This document shows, piece after piece, positions 37,766 to 51,340 of a DNA stretch of 64,000 bases. A model generated the notes under the pieces. The model ran no database searches. It saw only the letters and a list, made by a program, of their open reading frames with translations, and was not told the origin of the DNA. Numbering within the stretch: the first letter of the stretch is position 1; the number at the start of each line of letters is the position of its first letter. Origin of the DNA: Okamejei kenojei (taxonomy: Eukaryota); assembly GCA_035221665.1 (NCBI GenBank), contig CM069160.1, forward strand, positions 7,006,001-7,070,000, read 5' to 3'. Both the position numbers and the translations under genes were made by a program.

Positions 37766-40577
37766 TTAAAAGCACTTTATTACATTGGAAATCAACACGA
37801 ATGGGCCTTTAATCACGTTTTTAAAATCCTCCCTGAATTTTTTCTGTGACACCCCATAAATAAACGTGTTGGTGCAAGCACTCAAACACCTCAGCATATA
37901 TCCGGACTGTTCGACAATTGTAAATGGGTCGTTGTAATTTGTTGTTAAAAGTTGAACGTCTATGAAGTATACACTCATGAAACACACAAAATCTACCAAC
38001 CACAGAAGAACGAAGCTACCAGATATGGCCAGCAATAGAATGACTGACTTCCTTCGGTTCTCTACTTCTTGATCTGCGCCGCTCTCGTCCTTCGTTTTCC
38101 CTCGAAGTCCGCTGCGCACTCTGTTGGCGTGTATAATATGTCTGATTGATCAGGACGTTGAGGAGCATGGTCAACAATATGGGTACAAATGGGGTTAAAA
38201 TTGTTTCGACCAACCAAAATACTGCCCATACCGGTAAGGTGTAGAAATCTGAAGTTACACCACAGAACCAGGCTACGTTGTCAATTATTTCTCGAGGTAC
38301 GAACATAAAATATATTGGGATATTTTGAATAATACTTAAGATACACGTCACTGCTATCACCAAAGCCGCAGTTTTCTCAGTGCAATATTTTTTACTCGTA
38401 ACTTCTGATGACAAATAGTGATATATCGATCGAGGGTGAAAGTCACTGTTAGACCAGACAGAGCAATCAATGGCAAATTAAATTAAATAGCAAATTCACC
38501 CTACAAATGGGCGTTAGATTCAGGAATGAATACACAAAATAGCTATCTTTAATCTCGTAGAAAATTACCTCGATGATCAGAACCATTAAATCAGCTACGG
38601 CCATGGATACCAGATAACGTGTGATACATTTAGAGAGACCACACTTCCCCCGGGAGAGTATAATGATTGCCAGCAGGTTAGCTGCAGAAAAGACAAAATT
38701 AAAATGACCAACTTTCGTTTTTCCATGAGTAAGTTAATTTGGCATTTCTTCGAACGAAACAGTGGATTATTTGACTGTACCCTGTCTGAATTCCTCGTGT
38801 AGCCCAATAAAATGTTTAGAGATGCAATTCGCCATCTCGCACGGAACAGAATCCTGCGCCAATGACACGGCTGGATTGAAAGACTCATTGCGTCTTGAGC
38901 ACAGATTGTTTAAAAAGGGTTTGACGGGCAGTTCAATTCAACTTAGACCAGTTACATTCCATTCACTTTACCGGAAAGGTATGTGGACCTTATATATTAG
39001 CGGCTGGTTTGCTTATCACAATCCAGTGGCAGACCTTTGGCAGGCAGAAGGAAGCATCGGCTTTAAAACAAAGAGCGTTTTAAATGTTCAAATTGTATTG
39101 GATAGAGATGTAATTCGAATCAGGATGTGCTACATAGATATCTGCGGTAAGCTACGTGACCAGCCTTAAACATATCAGTTGCAGTTTGTTTTGGCGAAGC
39201 GCATCTGAATACAACTGTTGCGTCCAATATTAACCTTAAATTCCTACTGTGCATGGTTCGTAATGCGATGGGGTTTTAACTCCCTTTTCACCAATGAAAA
39301 CGAACAAAGTGGCACGTGCTTAATAGCTCTGGCGACCCAGGTTCAATACGGGCCACTGGCATGCTATGGTCTGCCTGGAGTTCCCCCAATGACCGCCTGG
39401 GCTAACCCTGGGCGATTCATTAATACAGCAAACAAACTGGAGTTTCTGCCCACACCGTCGTCGCGCAGCATCCTTTCGCACTTGTTCTATGTTACAGCAC
39501 ACTCGACTCAACTCCCTAGACACAAGAGACAATTTACAGAGCGGAGGTAACTTACAAACCCACAGGAGAGCTCCCGGTGTAACCCACGCTTCCGCTGAAA
39601 GAGGTGTACACCTCAAACAGACCGCTGTTGAGGGTCAGGGTCAAACCCGGGTATTTGCTGCTGTGAGATATTAGGTCCACCAGCTGCACTACTGTGCGGC
39701 GAGGTGCTCCGGATTTCCCTTTACGTGCGAAATTTTTTGAGTTTGGTAAATTATTTACCCCCCGCTAGTGGTCCCTGATGTAACATTTTCTGGCAAAGGT
39801 TGCGGGGAATTTGCAAATTCCGTGTCAAAATTAAAGCGGGTAAATCAAATTACGTTTTGGAGTGACATAGACTACATGGACGGAATAGCCACCATCTACA
39901 TAATAGGAGCAACGTTAGCCTTAGTGGCTGTCAGTTCCTTTCAATTAGCTGATGTAGAATAAATATAATCCTGGTTTTTGCCATTTCCAGTCAAAAGGCA
40001 GAAAGCATAATGTCAAAAGTCCACCAAACCACCATTGACTAATCCGCTGTACCGTCTTCTGACGTTCTGGGCTTCCGAGGGGTTCGTTTTCGCCAAACAA
40101 GCCAAAGACATGTGGGAGTGTAGTTTAATTGGGCTCTGTAGAATTGCCCCAAGAGTTGGAGGGATTCAATGAGAACGTGGGATAACATAGAACTCGTGTG
40201 AACGGGAGGGCAGTGTGGACTCCGTCGATGAAGAGGTACAGCACAGCAACATGCATTTCGGCTTACAATATATATACTGAACGTCAAGACAATTTAAACT
40301 AATTCCACATTTAGGAGTCGTCCACACCCTCCTTCCCCCGTCTTTCTAAATGCCATTGACTATATCGACAATAGATTGGAATGTGTAAATTGATTTTCGA
40401 TGTCACTAATTGGCATCAGAACATCAAGCAACAAGTAATCGCACACATGTGTTTTAACAGTAAAGGCTAGGCGGCGTAAATATCGGCAGAAATACCAGCA
40501 AGCTCACCAGGAACACCAATGATCGCAAGAATTGGATAGTAAATATTTTCGACCTGGATGAGTACCGGCAATTCCAT
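37766..40577 (-). pseudogene. GPR139-like copy 2, frameshifted as assembled; join(40577..40508, 38681..37766)
   Basis: Exon 1 MELPVLIQVENIYYPILAIIGVP; splice sites intact. Exon 2 is 916 nt versus 911, with insertions at ~38475 (+1), ~38453 (+1), ~38390 (+2) and ~38150 (+1). Confidence 0.85.
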
Positions 40578-40619
40578 GGTCGGAGTGCAGCGAGCTCTCC
40601 TGCCACTGGCATGAAATGC

Positions 40620-40745
40620 CGTTTGCTTTTAAAGGTAGCTACGGATCTCCAGAGAACACATATGACGACAAATCAAGGGGAAATAAATGTGGATTAGTGC
40701 CAGTCAGTTGAACAAACAAAGTTTGTCAGATCATGGGCTACTGCA
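40620..40745 (-). promoter_or_regulatory. Conserved promoter block, GPCR copy 2
   Basis: TTTAAA (40628), TCTCCAGAGA (40646), CATATG (40659), GGATTAG (40691), AACAAACAAA; aligns with copies 3 and 4. Confidence 0.65.
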
Positions 40746-41489
40746 AATTAGGGAACAGGCAATAACTACCACCAAAGTCGATTGTATAAAATATATGTTG
40801 CAATATTTAATTGTACAAAACCGAGAGAAATATGACAGAAAATATGTTGCATCCACGTTTCCTGATGAAATGCCATGTTATGTTTTCCTTGCACATAAAT
40901 GTGCCTATCTAAAAGTCACTTAAACGACACACTCAAATCTACTTTCACCACGATGCGCCGAACGCACCCTGTGTAAAATATGTGGACCGCCTATCACCTT
41001 TAAATATTGACCTTCTCACGTTAAATATATGCCGCCTAGACGTGGGAAAAAAAAACTTACTGTCTTTCCCATCTACCCATATCATAATATTACAGATTTC
41101 TCCTGGTTTTCGTTCAACCTTCGGCGTTCTAGAGAAAGCAATCAAAGCTTTTGTGTCGAGCTAAAACGCCCCATTCCATGTAATATTCTGCAAAGCATCC
41201 CAGTCTTACTTGCTCTACTGGGATAATCAGAACTGCACACAATACTCCAAACACGTCCAACATAAATTGTTATATGGATGTATCATGACTTAGTGCCCAA
41301 TACCCTCAAAACATGTTCAATGAAAGCAACATCACTTATGCCTTATGTACCACTCTATCGACTTGTGTCGCCACTTACAGCAAGCTCTAGATGTTGAGCC
41401 CAATACCTATTGTCTATGGTCTCTAATATCCTTAACTGCGCATCAGCGCTGTTAAGGGTATTATAGACAATACACCATATACAATGTAT

Positions 41490-42260
41490 TGTCGGAGTAG
41501 GAGTAGGTCATTCGGCCATTCAAATCAGCACCACCATTCAATATGATCATGGCTGATCATCCACAATCAGTACCCTGATCCTGCAATCTCGCCATATCCC
41601 CCGACTCCGCCATCTATAAGAGCTGTATCTAACTCTCTTGAAAGCTTCCATAGAATTGGCCTCCACTGCCTTCTGATTCTCAACCCTTTGCGCGAAAAAG
41701 TTTTTCCTCATCTCCGTTCAAAAGGGCTTACCCCTAATTCTTAAACTTTGCCCCCTGGTTCTGGACTCCCTCAACATCGGGAACACGTTTCCTGCATCTA
41801 GCGTGTCCAAACCCTTAATAATCCTATATGTTTCAATAAGATCACCTCTCATCCTTAATGCCAGAGTATGCAACCACAGCCGCTCCATTCTATCAACATA
41901 TGACAGTCCCGTCATCCCGGGAATTAACCTCGTGAACCTATGTTGTACTCCCGCAAGAGCAGGAATGTCCTTCCTCAAATTTGGAGACCAAAACTGCACA
42001 CAATAGCCCAGGTGTGGTCTCCCCAGGGCCCTGTGCAATTGCAGAAGGACCTCTTTGCTTCTATAGTCAACTCCTCTTGTTATGAAGGCCAACATGTCAT
42101 TAGCTTTCTTGCCTGCTGTATCTGCATGCTTACTTTCAGTGACTGATGAACAAGGACCCCCGATATATCGTTGTACTTACCGTTTTTCTTGACACCATTC
42201 AGATAATAACCTGCCTTTCTACTTTCGCCATGAAAGTGGTGAACCTCACACCAAAATGGA
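41490..42260 (-). mobile_element. CR1 3' fragment inserted in an older CR1
   Basis: MLAFITRG...[13 protein letters not shown]...RGDLIETY. Confidence 0.85.
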
Positions 42261-42819
42261 TAACCTTGCCGTCAACCTTATAAATGTCCTTAACATTAGC
42301 ATCTCAAAGTGCACCAGCTCACTATTGTTGTGATGAAAACCCATCTACCATTTCTACGTCCATTCTGCAGCTGACCGATATCTCACTGGATAGTTTGACA
42401 CCCTACACCATTGACCGCATGCCCAGTAATCTTTGTTTTGTCTGCAAGCCTACAAGCCTACAAGCAACCCATCTACACTGACATATATGTCAATGACTGC
42501 AAGACGTAGTTATTGACTTCGGGAAATGCATGTCATTTCATCTTGAACGGTGCAGCATGGAAATCGTTGAGAGCCTCCGTTCTCTTAGCGGTAATTTTAC
42601 GACTGCTCTGTCAGTGAGTTGTAGATGTAGCCGGGCCATCATACAAACCAGACTTCCCCCCATTAGACTTCATAAACATTTCACGCTCCCTCGGAAAATA
42701 AGGCAGTGTAAGCAAACATTTGTCCCACGACTGCCGTTCCTTCCTCAGCTATCGGGCAGAAGCCAGGGAACTTAAGTGTGGCGAGCCATACATCAGTGAA
42801 TAGTAAATAATTGGAGGTG

Positions 42820-43620
42820 ATTTTGATAGTCAGGATCTGCATATATTTGCAATGGAAATGGCTGTAATGTGAAATTTCCACGTCACTTTGTACGTAAGTT
42901 AATGACGAGGACGGTGACACGAGGAGGCGAGGTGTGGACACTGCCTACAAGAACTTTAGCAAGGTCGTTGACAAGGTTCCACGAAGTGAGCTGGTTCAAA
43001 TGTTATATCACATGAGATCCAGGGTGAAATGGCCAACTGGATTAAGGAGTGGATCGATGGAAGGAAAGAGAAGGTGCTGATGGAGCACTGTTTTTTAACC
43101 GATGCTGACTCCTGTTCTTTAATCTTGTTAAAGATTGACTGAAAATGCAGTTGTCATGGTTTATAAATTTAAGGATGAAATCCGATTTGATGGTTTGGTG
43201 GACAATGAAGAATGGTGTCCAAGGTTACCAGAGGATCTAGCACACTGGCAATTGTGCATGGAGGAAATGATGGAACATGAATCGCAAGAGTGATGTGAAG
43301 CATTTTAAGATGTTAAATCGGGGCTGGACGTACAACGTGAATGACAGCACCCAGGGAGTCTTGTAGAACTGATGCATTAAAAGTTAAGTATATAGTACCC
43401 TGAAAGTAGTGATACTAACAGGGTCGTGCCTGTCTACGTCGACGGAGAAGAAGACGTGTTGCCTTAATTGAATAAAGGATTGAATCTGTTGCAACTGGAC
43501 AAGATGATGGTGGGACCGCAACTGGAATATTGTGTGCAATTCTGGTCGTCATAACATAGGAAAGATGCGGCTAAGCTGGAAAGGACGTGAGAATAATTGG
43601 CAATAATCTTGACAAGACTT
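42820..43620 (+). mobile_element. Decayed CR1 RT fragment
   Basis: FSKVVDKVP; LEYCVQFWS. Confidence 0.7.
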
Positions 43621-43959
43621 TAGTATCTTTGGTTTATTTTAATTATTATAACGTGCACCGCGGCAGATTAAACCAAACATCCTTGCTTTGCATGCTGTGC
43701 GATTAGCACAGATAATATAGCACGTACATACAATCATGGCAAACTTAATTAAAATAGATGGAGCATATGGGCTACATTTACATGTTGAAAATACATTTTA
43801 AGGACTAGAGAGACAGTATCGGAGATCCTCCGTCGAGAAGTGCAATTGAATTACAAGAAGGGCTCAGATCCGATGGGCTGAGAATACCCAATTGCACTTA
43901 TGCTAGTGTACATTAGGTAGTATATTGATGGTACACAAAATGCTGGAGAAATCACCATA

Positions 43960-44375
43960 GAAGGGATTCACTTGAATTCCTGCGCCAAAAAGACATCCAG
44001 CATCATCAGTGACTCACACCACCGTCGGCACGTTTTTATTCCATTCCTGCCACCGGGAAGAAGGCATAGCGGCCTGAAACTGCAAGTTTCAGGTTCAGAA
44101 GCAGCTTCTTCTCCGCAACCATCGGGCTATTTAACAACACACCCTCCAACTGAACGTCAAACGAGATAAACGTGGGTAGCATTCTTTTTTATTATGTTTA
44201 TTGCTTTTGTCCTGCACCATTAACGTTTGTTTGTTTATTATGTACAGAACTTATTTTTGTTGTTCATTATTATATTTATATGTATTTTGTTCTGCTGCAA
44301 GTCAGAATGCATTGTTTCGTTTCGGGACATATGACAATAAAATATATTTGATTCTTGATTCTTTTGACTCTTGAC
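43960..44375 (+). mobile_element. Rex1/Babar-type LINE 3' fragment
   Basis: SIISDSHH...LPPGRRH...SFF; atgacaataaa plus (CTTGAY)n tail. Confidence 0.7.
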
Positions 44376-44564
44376 TCTGTTATCGTTGAACGAAGTTGGC
44401 TGTGGGTGCCTTTATATATTTGCAAAACCATATGTGGAAGTTATAACGTCAATGATAAACGTATTTTTCCTAGGGTATGAAAGCCATAAAACAAGAGAGT
44501 ATATATAAAAAGTGTATGGGGTAGAGATTTAATGAGGACATGACCGCCGATTTTTATTTTTTTG

Positions 44565-44886
44565 GGGAAGTCAAGAACAAGGGGTCACAGTTTAAGGATA
44601 ATGGGGAAGTCTTTTAGGACGGAGATGAGAAAACAATTTTTCAAACAGAGAGTGGTGAATCTGTAGAATTCTCTGTCACAAAAGGTAGTTGAGGCCAGTT
44701 CATTGGCTATATTTAAGAGGGAGATAGATCTGGCCCTTGTGACTAAGGGGATCAGGGGATATGCAGAGAGAGCCGGTACAGGATACTGATTAGGATGATC
44801 AGCCATGATCATATTAAATGGCGGTGCAGGCTGGAAGGGCCGAACGGCCTACTCCTGCAACTATTGTCTATGTCTCTATGTTTCTA
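44565..44886 (+). mobile_element. CR1 family A 3' fragment
   Basis: Homologous to 48675-49007. Confidence 0.88.
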
Positions 44887-45099
44887 ATATTATGGCAGAA
44901 ATAAATCACAACGGAACGAACATTTAAATAGATATGCTTGGCTTTGAAATGGAATAGGTAACAAATAAATTTAATATATTGGAATATATTACAGACGCCA
45001 CCAAATTAGAACCGAGATATTCATAACTTGTAAAGTTATGTTTTACATTTCCGTTGAAAACATATGCAATATATCGTCACATCCCCAACCAAAACTCTG

Positions 45100-45935
45100 C
45101 TAGTTAAATCCTCGGAAAATTTTATAAGATTCGTCAGACATGATTTACCTTCCATGAATCCATGCTGACTTTTCCAATTATTACACCACTTTCCAAATGT
45201 GCTGCTATCCCATCTTTAAGAACTGACTCTACCAGTTTCCCCACTACCGAAGTTAGACTAACTGGTCTGTAATTCTCCGTTTTCTCTCTCCCTCACTTTA
45301 ACAAAATGGGGTTACATTAGCTACCCTCCAATCTTGAGGAACTTCTCCAGAATCTAAAGAGTTTTGGATGATCAGCCATGATCATATTGAATGGCGGTGC
45401 AGGCTCGAAGGGCCGAATGCCCTACTCCTGCACCAATTTTCTATGTTTCTATGTTTTGAAAAGAAAAATTATCACAATGCATGCACTATTTCTGAGGCAA
45501 CTTCCTTAAGTACTCTGGTATGCAACCTATCTGGCCATGGGGATGTATCGGCCTTTAATCCATTAAATTTACCTAACACCACTTCCCGCTAACCTGGATT
45601 TCACTCAGTTCCTCCATCCCATTTGACCTCCGGTCCCCTGCTATTTCCGGAAGATTATTTATGTCTTCCTTAATGAAGACAGAAGCAAAGTAGTTATTCG
45701 ATTGGTCTGCCATGTCCTTGTTCCCCATGATCATTTCACCTGTGTCTGCATGCAAGGGGCCTACATTTTATTTAACTAATCTTTTTCTCTTCACATGTCT
45801 ATAAAAAACTTTTGCAGTCAGTTTTTTATGTCCCTGCCAGTTTTATTTCATAATCTATTTTCCCTTTCCTAATTCACCCCTTTGTCCTCCTCTGCTGGAC
45901 TCTGATTTTCTCCCAGTCCTCTGGTAGGTTGCTTT
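45100..45935 (-). mobile_element. CR1 family A internal fragment with a short + strand CR1 tail inserted at ~45367-45455
   Basis: Homologous to 22450-23190; GTTTTG flanks the small insert. Confidence 0.85.
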
Positions 45936-45969
45936 TTCTACCATCTACCTATCTCTTTCTCTCCCTCAC

Positions 45970-46280
45970 NNNNNNNNNNNNNNNNNNNNNNNNNNNNNNN
46001 NNNNNNNNNNNNNNNNNNNNNNNNNNNNNNNNNNNNNNNNNNNNNNNNNNNNNNNNNNNNNNNNNNNNNNNNNNNNNNNNNNNNNNNNNNNNNNNNNNNN
46101 NNNNNNNNNNNNNNNNNNNNNNNNNNNNNNNNNNNNNNNNNNNNNNNNNNNNNNNNNNNNNNNNNNNNNNNNNNNNNNNNNNNNNNNNNNNNNNNNNNNN
46201 NNNNNNNNNNNNNNNNNNNNNNNNNNNNNNNNNNNNNNNNNNNNNNNNNNNNNNNNNNNNNNNNNNNNNNNNNNNNNNNN
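45970..46280. other. Assembly gap (311 N) flanked by CT-rich sequence
   Basis: Run of N. Confidence 1.
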
Positions 46281-47440
46281 CCTCTCTCTCTCCCTCCCAA
46301 CTATATTTAGCCGGGAAATATCTCAACAATTATGACTGGGACAGGGACAGTATATGTGTTATGCAATCTGTGTGTAAAGTGAGATCATGAGTTCAAATAC
46401 GCACATAGAAATCTAGAAAATGTGGGATCTCACTAAAGTTGCAAAACAGAAACTTAAACGCGGAAGCTTAATAGCCTGTCATAGTAACACTAGATCTATG
46501 TTATCCCACCGCCCACCACGGTGACGTAGCGGTAAAGCTACTGCCTTACAGGGCCAGCGAACCGGGTTCTATCCTTACCACATGTGCTTATCTTTACGGA
46601 GTTTGTACGCTCTCCCGTAACCTTATTGATTTAATGCTTTGCATTTGCGCAATGTGGGATATGACCAGTAAGTCTGTAGATGTCAAAAAATGATGGCATT
46701 GTTCACAGTGTGGAAGATAATTATTGGCTGGAATACGATATTTGATTAAAATGGCTGAGCAATGGTAGATGCAATTCAATCTAGCTAATTGTGAAGTTAT
46801 GTACTTTGGAAAGTTTAATAACCATAGGGCGTAATCAGTTCGTTTTTGTCCTGCGCATAATTATGGTAGTTCCATTACAGGGATCAGGGGCAGGGAATGA
46901 GGAAGCTGCTGGAGATTTTTGCCAGAATGCTGCCCGGATTAGTGGTTTTCAACTCTGAGGAGATGATTTATGATTTTTCTCTTTAGCCTGCATCTTGCAT
47001 CTCATTTTCACCTGGGACCCACTTGTCCTATTAATGACAGCACAGAACGGCAGACATACGAAGACATCTCAACGAGCTGTGGCGAGTTTTTCAAACGTCA
47101 GTTTATTCAAGATCTTAATAGTTTCTACTGCGAAAAACTCTGAATGAACCCAGAGTTCAATCACTCACAGCGCCGACAGGTTTTTTTACAACTGATGATA
47201 CATTGATTACATGTGGATCTTATTTGTTTTCATAATGCTTTAATGAACAACGTATCCTTGTTGTCTTCCTTCCTTGGACCCCCTCCCCACCCTCACCCAC
47301 CAATTATTTTTAACCTTCGGAGTTTTCCAGACCAATTCTGCATCCAACTTTCGACGTCTTAATCCCGTGGCATTCACCTTTGTGAACTGTAACTGTGGGA
47401 GCTGGCCAAAGGCATTCAATAAGTGTATGCCAATCACAAA

Positions 47441-49007
47441 AGAGTACTTAAGGAAGTAGCTCAGGAAATAGTGGATGCATTAGTGATAATCTTTCAAAAC
47501 TCTTTAGATTCTAGAGTAGTTCCTGAGGATTGGCGGGTAGCAAATGTAACCCCTCTTTTTAAGAAGGGAGGGAGAGAGAAAACGGGGAATTACAGACCAG
47601 TTAGTCTAACATCGGTAGTGGGGAAACTGCTAGAGTCAGTTATTAAAGATGGGATAGCAGCACATTTGGAAAGTGGTGAAATCATTGGACAAAGTCAGCA
47701 TGGATTTAGAAAAGGTAAATCATGTCTGACGAATCTTGTGGAATTTTTCGAGGATGTAACTAGTAGCGTGGATAAGGGAGAACCAGTGGATGTGGTATAT
47801 CTGGACTTCCAGAAGGCTTTCGACAAGGTCGCACATAAGAGATTAGTATACAAACTTAAAGCATACGGTATTAGGGGTTCAGTATTGATGTGGATAGAGA
47901 ACTGGCTGGCAAACAGGAAGCAAAGAGTAGGAGTAAACGGGTCCTTTTCACAATGGCAGGCAGTAACTAGTGGGGTACCGCAGGGCTCAGTGCTGGGACC
48001 CCAGCTGTTTACAATATATATTAATGATCTGGATGAGGGAATTGAAGGCAATATCTCCAAGTTTGCGGATGACACTAAGCTGGGGGGCAGTGTTCGCTGT
48101 GAGGAGGATGCTAGGAGACTGCAAGGTGACTTGGATAGGCTGGGTGAGTGGGCAAATGTTTGGCAGATGCAGTATAATGTGGATAAATGTGAGGTTATCC
48201 ACTTTGGTGGCAAAAACAGGAAAGCAGACTATTATTTAAATGGTGGCCGATTAGGAAAAGGGGAGATGCAGCGAGACCTGGGTGTCATGGTACACCAGTC
48301 ATTGAAAGTAGGCATGCAGATGCAGCAGGCAGTGAAAAAAGCGAATGGTATGTTAGCTTTCATAGCAAAAGGATTTGAGTACAGGAGCAGGGAGGTTCTA
48401 CTTCAGTTGTACAGGGTCTTGGTGAGACCACACCTGGAGTATTGCGTACAGTTTTGGTCTCCAAATCTGAGGAAGGACATTATTGCCATAGAGGGAGTGC
48501 AGAAAAGGTTCACCAGACTGATTCCTGGGATGTCAGGACTGTCTTATGAAGAAAGACTGGATAGACTCGGTTTATACTCTCTGGAATTTAGGAGATTGAG
48601 AGGGGATCTTATAGAAACTTACAAAATTCTTAAGGGGTTGGACAGGCTAGATGCAGGAAGATTGTTCCCGATGTTGGGGAAGTCCAGGACAAGGGGTCAC
48701 AGCTTAAAGATAAGGGGGAAATCCTTTAAGACCGAGATGAGAAAGACTTTTTTCACACAGAGAGTGGTGAGTCTCTGGAACTCTCTGCCACAGAGGGTAG
48801 TTGAGGCCAGTTAATTGGCTATATTTAAGAGTGAGTTGGATGTGGCCCTTGTGGCTAAGGGGATCAGAGGGTATGGAGAGAAGGCAGGTACGGGATACTG
48901 AGTTGGATGATCAGCCATGATCATATTGAATGGCGGTGCAGGCTCGAAGGGCTGAATGGCCTACTCCTGCACCTAATTTCTATGTTTCTATGTTTCTATG
49001 TTTCTAT
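47441..49007 (+). mobile_element. Young 5'-truncated CR1 family A with an uninterrupted RT frame
   Basis: ORF 47423-48814 contains [34 protein letters not shown]; one late premature TAA; (TTTCTATG)n tail. No endonuclease or ORF1. Confidence 0.95.
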
Positions 49008-49389
49008 CAAGTACACTGCGTCATCAATGCCTCATTGCCTCTGAAAGAATGAAATAAAAAAGTCAAACACAATCTTCTGGAAAAAGCGACTGCCTTTGTC
49101 CAAGTAATCCCTGACTTTCCAAGTGGACAGCTCTGTGCCACAGCTGCTGCAGACGTTAATTGGCGTCAGAAAAAAATGCCCATCAGAGCGCTCTCTTTTA
49201 GAACTACCGTGAATGGCCGATAGATGGCGTGGACTCGATGGGACAGGTTTCTGCGCTTCATCTTACCATTAATGTAATCAACACACATCTTCTTCGAACC
49301 GGTCCAATAACTTCCCTATCACTGATATCTGACATCCCTGCTGTTACACTTGCATAACTAGATCACATGTGCTGTTCCTCAGCAATCCA

Positions 49390-51340
49390 GAGAGTAGAAA
49401 TGCGGGTCGCAGATGAGACGTGGGTGGGGGGTCAATTTATGACAGCAGCGGGGTAACCACGTTCTCTGAACAATGAGGACAAACTTGGGAGTGCTCGACT
49501 AGAAAGCCCCATCCTGGGAGTAGATGTCCCGGAGACGGAGGGTAGAGGATAACGTCCTTGAAAGAGGCAGTGTGGGAGGGAGAGTAATCCAGATAAACGT
49601 GTCACTCTTCAGTAATCATAAATCGTGCTCCCCTATGATGGAGATAAAATAACAAATAAAAGGGTATTACGTGGCAGAGATAATCCAGATGAATTTGAGG
49701 GACGGGGATCTTCGTTGTAAAGGTAATCAAATCAACGAAACCTGCACGGTTGCAGTCGGCAGTCCCGATGCAGACATAAATACAGCGGTGAAAGAGTTGG
49801 CGGATGGGGCCAGAGTACAACTGGAACAAGAACTGTCGGACGTTACCGAAAATGGGCAGACATTGCTGGTGCCCATTCGAATGTACATGGCATCAATTCA
49901 CGCATTGAACACACGCTTGACGTGGACAGAGTAAGAGGAGTCCAAATTCCCAAGGCACGGAGAAATTCCGCCAGCGTAGGAGATTGTTAGCAGAGAGACA
50001 TTAAATGGGTCTCTGTTCGAGGAAGAACTGGAAGGCTGTCAGAAGAATTGGAGGATGGAGGACTGAAGGGACTGGACTTGCATGTAAAAATGATCATCGG
50101 ATGTCTAGAAACTGAAAGTTATTGAATACATGAAGGGTAGTTAGCTGCCTTGGGCCTTAGGTGGCAATGGAACGGACAAGGAGGGATGGGATGGAATCGA
50201 TGTAAGTGGAGATGAGTTCAACGGGGCAGGAGCTGGCAGAAACAATGGATCTTCCAGAACAGTCTGCATTGTAGAAGGTGGTGATTAAGATCTTTGCGGG
50301 ATTGGGGGAAAAGGTTGGAGGCTGTGGAGAGGATATAGTCAGAGGCAGTCTTGGAGAGGATGGCCTGATCATCGTCTGTGGGTCCATTGGCAAATGACAC
50401 CTCTCTCATCAGGTAAAAGCTATAGAAGTGTCCAAACCTCACGCCACTATATTCAGGGAGAGATCCTTCCGAGCTGTTATCAGGCAACTCAACCAACCTA
50501 CCACAACAACAGAGCAATAATAAACTACTATCCACATCTTTGATGATTCTCGGTCTATCCTTGATCGGACTTTGCTAGCTTTACCTTGCACTAGACGGTA
50601 TTCCCTTCTCGCGTGTCTATACACTGTAAATGGATCGATTGTAATCATACATCGTCTTTCTGCTGACTGGTTAGCACACAACAAATGCTTTACACTGTAC
50701 CTCGGTAAACGTGACAATGAACTAAATTGAACTAGTCGAGGGGCAGGCATGAAGAGGTGGCGGACAGTTGCAGCCTTGAATCCCGCAGTCGAGGTCAGCC
50801 CGCCAGACAACAAACGCTTCTCCCTTGTCGGTCGGTTCAGTAACAATGTACGGATTCTTGTTGGGAGGGAGGACGGCTGTGCTTTGCGACGGATGAGATC
50901 AGCGTCGTCACGGTGGTGGAGAATGCAAAACGGTTGATGTCGCGACGGCAGTTCGAAGTAACATAGTCCAGTAATGGTAGAAGGCCGGAAGGGTGAGGCC
51001 ACGTGGAGGGGAAATGTTGGATACGGGACAATGTGTAATTACTGGAAGTCGAAACTCCCTTGCCATAGAAAAGAACCGATGGCAGGGGACCGGAGGAAGT
51101 GCTCTTAATTATGGCGGAGGTACGGTTTGGGGGAGGGAGTGGGGGTTTTCGTTGACATGTCGATGCAAGGGTATGAAGATAAGGCTTCTGCTGCGAACCG
51201 TTCGTACTGCATGCTAAAGAGGGAGGTCAGGGGAGATGGTGAAAACACGACAATGGTGAGGGCTGTGGGTAAAAGGGAAGAGGGATCCAGGAATGCACGA
51301 GTGAAGTGCATTGGGGAGATGATGGGGTCTGAGACTATCT
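49390..51340 (-). mobile_element. Decayed Penelope-like RT region, interrupted by a LINE 3' UTR at ~50445-50735 (+)
   Basis: GRSIVSASSCPVELISTYIDSI.S.LV resembles the Penelope RT motif GRPIVS..CPTE.IS.YLD; the insert ends gtgacaatgaactaaa. Confidence 0.7.

Noticed and set aside
45929-46390. ORFs of 120-153 aa
   Set aside because: They span the N gap.
47423-48814. 463-aa ORF as a host or domesticated RT gene
   Set aside because: It is a 5'-truncated CR1 ORF2 with a chance GTG start in flanking DNA and a normal CR1 tail.
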